From positions 1 through 26,541 of the IMG/VR virus record IMGVR_UViG_3300037961_000972: a stretch of 26,541 nt of DNA. One strand, written 5' to 3'. Position 1 is the first letter of the stretch. Every line of letters begins with the position of its first letter. The position numbers and the translations under genes were made by a program. Shown in pieces: positions 23,407 to 26,541 of the stretch. Below the pieces are notes generated by a model. That model did not search any database, was not told the origin of the DNA, and was given only the letters and a program-made list of their open reading frames with translations. This DNA is from a virus. Its lineage: Duplodnaviria > Caudoviricetes.

Positions 23407-25154
23407 TACAGACTCCTTATTTCTGAAATAGACTCTGCTATACAAACCTCGTTTACAATTTTAGCGGCTTGTATTTCTACTGAATATGTTCTATGTACAC
23501 CACTCGGTAGTCTAGCTACAGGTTCTTGTATGTTTACCTGACTAAAACTAGGAGTAGAACCCGTAAGATTATACGTAGCTCCACTTTTATTAAACGTAGC
23601 ATGGTAAATAAGAGAGCCATCTCCGTATACTTTTATTACTACAGGCCAGTCTTCTGCATCTACTTTTACAAAACCCATCCTACCAGGGCGTTCAGGTACA
23701 AACTCTTTACTTTTCCAAGTAAATGTTTGATTAGTAGTACCACCTTGAAACTTTTTAACTACGCTATTACCACTACTAGGATCAATAATTAAGTACAACT
23801 CGTTGTCATCTGGGTCTGTAAAACCGCCTGAAGCATCTGTAGTTGCTGTTTGTGTTAACGTTGTTATTCTACGTTCGCCAAAACGATTATCAAATATAAA
23901 ACCGCCGTAATTACCACCACTAGTGTAAAATCCTACATAACGTCCTTCCCACAAAAAACCTTGTAATGAACTAGGGTAGTAGTCAGCTCGCCATTGTGCA
24001 GGTGAAATTTGTCCTTCCGTTACAACTTGTACGTCAGTACCTGTCGCAGCGACCAACCCATCTGCTCCTGCATACAATACATATGGTCCCATATCTACCA
24101 TTGAACGTTTGTTCAAACAAGCTTGTGCAGCTTCTATACGTATGGCACTCATAGACTGTGGGTCTGTACCTAAAACTAAATAAGGTGTGCCTTTTGTACC
24201 GACAAACAAGCCATTTCCTGCCATAGCAATAGACACTATCTCTTCGTCTAATGTTATACGATACGCCACAGGCCAGGCGTGTGGTAAAAATGGTTCAGAA
24301 AAACATAAACGTTTACCTGAAAACCCTGCAAATATACCGTTTGGCATAGCAGTTAAACCTAACATTTGACCGTTAGGGTACAAAGAACTGTTTTCATCAG
24401 GCGGTGCAATCCAATAAGTAGAAGGTATAAGTTCGCCTAAGTTAGCATTAGTGGTTGAATCTGTGTAACTGGCTACGTTTAAATTAACCTCAGCTACAAA
24501 CTGAAACGCTGTAGTGTTTGAGCCTGTGTTTGATCTATAAATTCGTTTTTTAGTAATGTTTGTATTACTTCTGCTCGTACCGCTGCCTGCACTTGTACTC
24601 ATGTTAGCTACAGTTACAGTCTGTGCATCTACTTTGGTAAACACGGTAGAAGCCGCGGACGGCGGTCCTTCTTCACCAAAACCAGACACAAAAGTGTACA
24701 CATATGAAGTGCTATGCTGTGTTTGCGTACCATCGTCAGATCCAGAAGCGATACTTGTAGTAATCGTGTTTTCAGGTGCAGGTATACCTAGCCGATAAAA
24801 ACTTCTAGGGTACGCACCTGACCCAGAAGCAAGCAGTTCGGTAGAACTCCCCATTTTAGGGAACGTATCTCCTGTCCAATAGAGTCTTGCGTTTGCATCA
24901 TCAGGTATAGGAGCAGGTTGTACATTCACGTCTGCAGTCCACTCAAACCAATAGTCAGTACCACCAAAGGTGTATTTATATATAGAAGTTTTACCAGATG
25001 CGTTTAAAGTAGCTGTAGTGCTGTTATCAGTTATAGGAACTAAACGTCCACTATCTAAAACTACATCCTGAGCGGTTTGCGCCATTGTATCTGCTAATAA
25101 TCTAGGAGAAATTTGAGGTGCAATTCCCTTAAATGTTATTAACTTATAATACAT
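23406..25154 (-). CDS. Tail nozzle/stabilisation-like virion protein
   Basis: 582 aa beta-rich; FKGIAPQISPRLL, YVYTFV..GEEGPPS, FSEPFLPHAWP, WKSKEF; late-module position. Confidence 0.65.
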   Translation of the reverse strand: MYYKLITFKGIAPQISPRLLADTMAQTAQDVVLDSGRLVPITDNSTTATLNASGKTSIYKYTFGGTDYWFEWTADVNVQPAPIPDDANARLYWTGDTFPKMGSSTELLASGSGAYPRSFYRLGIPAPENTITTSIASGSDDGTQTQHSTSYVYTFVSGFGEEGPPSAASTVFTKVDAQTVTVANMSTSAGSGTSRSNTNITKKRIYRSNTGSNTTAFQFVAEVNLNVASYTDSTTNANLGELIPSTYWIAPPDENSSLYPNGQMLGLTAMPNGIFAGFSGKRLCFSEPFLPHAWPVAYRITLDEEIVSIAMAGNGLFVGTKGTPYLVLGTDPQSMSAIRIEAAQACLNKRSMVDMGPYVLYAGADGLVAATGTDVQVVTEGQISPAQWRADYYPSSLQGFLWEGRYVGFYTSGGNYGGFIFDNRFGERRITTLTQTATTDASGGFTDPDDNELYLIIDPSSGNSVVKKFQGGTTNQTFTWKSKEFVPERPGRMGFVKVDAEDWPVVIKVYGDGSLIYHATFNKSGATYNLTGSTPSFSQVNIQEPVARLPSGVHRTYSVEIQAAKIVNEVCIAESISEIRSL

Positions 25155-25564
25155 TACCCTTCCAACAATAAGTCTTTTAAGCGGTGACTTCTAGCACCTA
25201 CTTGTCTACTCCATTTCGAGTCAAGCATTTGCACACCAGCTTCTTCCCAGTCTCCTTTTTCCATAGCAGCTAAAAACTTTTTAAATCCTAATAACCTAGA
25301 TAAACCTAAATTAAAACACATATTTACACATACACGTTGTCTTGCATCTGTTAAATTTTTAAACCAAGCAAAAGTAGACTCTAACTCTTTTACGCATATG
25401 TCTATATCATTGCTAAGTAAGAAATCAGATTCTTCTACTGTAATCCCTCGATCATCTAAGTTTCTACCCACGCCAATTGTGTTTTTGGAAGCTGAACATT
25501 TGTATAAAGTAAGAACTTCTCCCTCGTCTCGTTTCAGTTCTTCTATAAGTTTTTCTCTATTCAT
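25154..25564 (-). CDS. Endolysin, T4-lysozyme-like (GH24)
   Basis: LKRDEG..LYKC...TIGVGRNL, NMCFNLG, MLDSKWSRQVGARS. Confidence 0.92.
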   Translation of the reverse strand: MNREKLIEELKRDEGEVLTLYKCSASKNTIGVGRNLDDRGITVEESDFLLSNDIDICVKELESTFAWFKNLTDARQRVCVNMCFNLGLSRLLGFKKFLAAMEKGDWEEAGVQMLDSKWSRQVGARSHRLKDLLLEG

Positions 25565-26046
25565 TCGTCTTTATCCTTATTAGAATTAGAAGCACCAAAG
25601 TAAAATGATATAATAGCACTTGCTAAACCGCCAAGATAGCCGAGGACTAAGTTGATCAATGCCTCGCTGTTTTGCTCTGGAGGCTGGAGCGTGATTAAAA
25701 AGATATAACCCATAAAGCCACCAACAACAAGTAAACCTATCATTCTAGATGTCCAGTCTTTAGAAAACTTACCTCTAGCATCTTGTATATCTTTTGTTTC
25801 TAAAGCATATAAATCAACTTCTAACTCTTTCATCTTGACTTCAAAGTCTGCATCAATCTTTTTAAGTTCTGCCAGTTGTTCTGGTGTAGCGGCTTGTACT
25901 GCTTGTTCTATCTTCTTTGGGGTAGGCTCACAACCTAATGCTTCTGCTACCATGTTAGCCGCCATGTTACCCATTGGGCCACCTAATGCTGTTCCAATCG
26001 TTGGAGCTACTGCGCCTATAATGTTTTTTACAAATTTAAATTTCAT
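25561..26046 (-). CDS. Holin (3TM/GTA-holin-like)
   Basis: VAPTIGTALGGP N-terminus, D.QDAR, two C-terminal TMs ending SFYFGAS; overlaps the endolysin start. Confidence 0.75.
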   Translation of the reverse strand: MKFKFVKNIIGAVAPTIGTALGGPMGNMAANMVAEALGCEPTPKKIEQAVQAATPEQLAELKKIDADFEVKMKELEVDLYALETKDIQDARGKFSKDWTSRMIGLLVVGGFMGYIFLITLQPPEQNSEALINLVLGYLGGLASAIISFYFGASNSNKDKDE

Positions 26047-26266
26047 CTTCTTTATGCTCTTTTATTTTATCTTCTTCTATAAACTGTTTAACTTGAGATA
26101 TTACCATTGTTTGAGCCGCATCTAACTTTTGCATTTCATACGCCTGCTCTTTAATCTCAGCTTGTAGTTTAACCAACATATTAAACCCCTCTATAACTCT
26201 AGGGGTTAAGTCTTTTACTCCGTATTTCGCACCATCCAATGATACTGTTTGTACTCCATCCTGCAT
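26036..26266 (-). CDS. Hypothetical tail-region protein, 76 aa
   Basis: AAGGAG SD; VSLDGAKY..DL then coiled coil. Confidence 0.75.
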   Translation of the reverse strand: MQDGVQTVSLDGAKYGVKDLTPRVIEGFNMLVKLQAEIKEQAYEMQKLDAAQTMVISQVKQFIEEDKIKEHKEDEI

Positions 26267-26281
26267 TTTGTTACTCCTTCA

Positions 26282-26541
26282 TTAACTATTGTTAGAAATA
26301 TATGTATTACCAGTAGTAATAGCTGTAGTGTAAGATGATTTATTATCACTTGCGTCTTTAACATTAGGTGTTTGACCAGTTCCATCATACGCAAGAATAG
26401 CAGTCAGATGATCTACGTTTCTTTGTACTGTAGCGTTTGCATCGGCTTGTGTAACTCCAGCAGAGGGATCGGATGCTGGAATATGCTTTGATGAAAGACC
26501 TTTAGAGTTAATATCATTAATTACTGTTACGCTATCTGTAG
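26282..26541 (-). CDS. 5'-truncated hypothetical tail-region protein
   Basis: Open frame from the window edge: TDSVTVIN...VQRNVDHLTAIL...TTGNTYISNNS-stop, followed by the SD of the next gene. Confidence 0.7.
   Translation of the reverse strand, partial: TDSVTVINDINSKGLSSKHIPASDPSAGVTQADANATVQRNVDHLTAILAYDGTGQTPNVKDASDNKSSYTTAITTGNTYISNNS

Noticed and set aside
859-26125. Remaining short ORFs nested in or antisense to long genes (for example 859-1059, 2142-2417, 4546-4935, 12555-12887, 18685-18996, 25835-26125)
   Set aside because: No SDs or motifs; expected shadows of real coding frames
1-26541. tRNA, rRNA, integrase, RNA polymerase, reverse transcriptase, intron or intein
   Set aside because: No recognisable motifs; polymerase and helicase reading frames are uninterrupted

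Overview
AT-rich segment of a dsDNA tailed phage genome, most like uncultured marine podo-type phages of Gram-negative hosts (the CsrA homolog hints at a proteobacterial host). Plus strand 367-17519: early genes, an AAA+ ATPase / Nmad5-like / metallopeptidase-VWA module, small membrane proteins, then replication genes (Leu762 PolA, CsrA, AEP primase-helicase, Cas4-like nuclease, SNF2 helicase, putative SSB, VRR-NUC-like nuclease, DUF3310, HNH). Minus strand 17535-26541: late genes (holin, lysozyme, tail proteins, tail chaperone) running into a curli-like type VIII secretion cassette (two paralogous membrane proteins, csgF, csgG, curlin-like, FecR-domain protein) and a thermonuclease. A capsid-cement-like gene sits inverted among the early genes with its own promoter and terminator. 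The most unusual signals are non-coding: a tandem array of 3-4 covarying three-way-junction/pseudoknot units at 6988-7269 within a ~600 nt intergenic region, a related pseudoknot at 1585-1649, a Y-shaped minus-strand structure at 6568-6682, TGGTACAG iterons at 5-297 and twin hairpin-TATAT elements at 302 and 751. All calls come from reading motifs by eye; no searches or folding programs were run.
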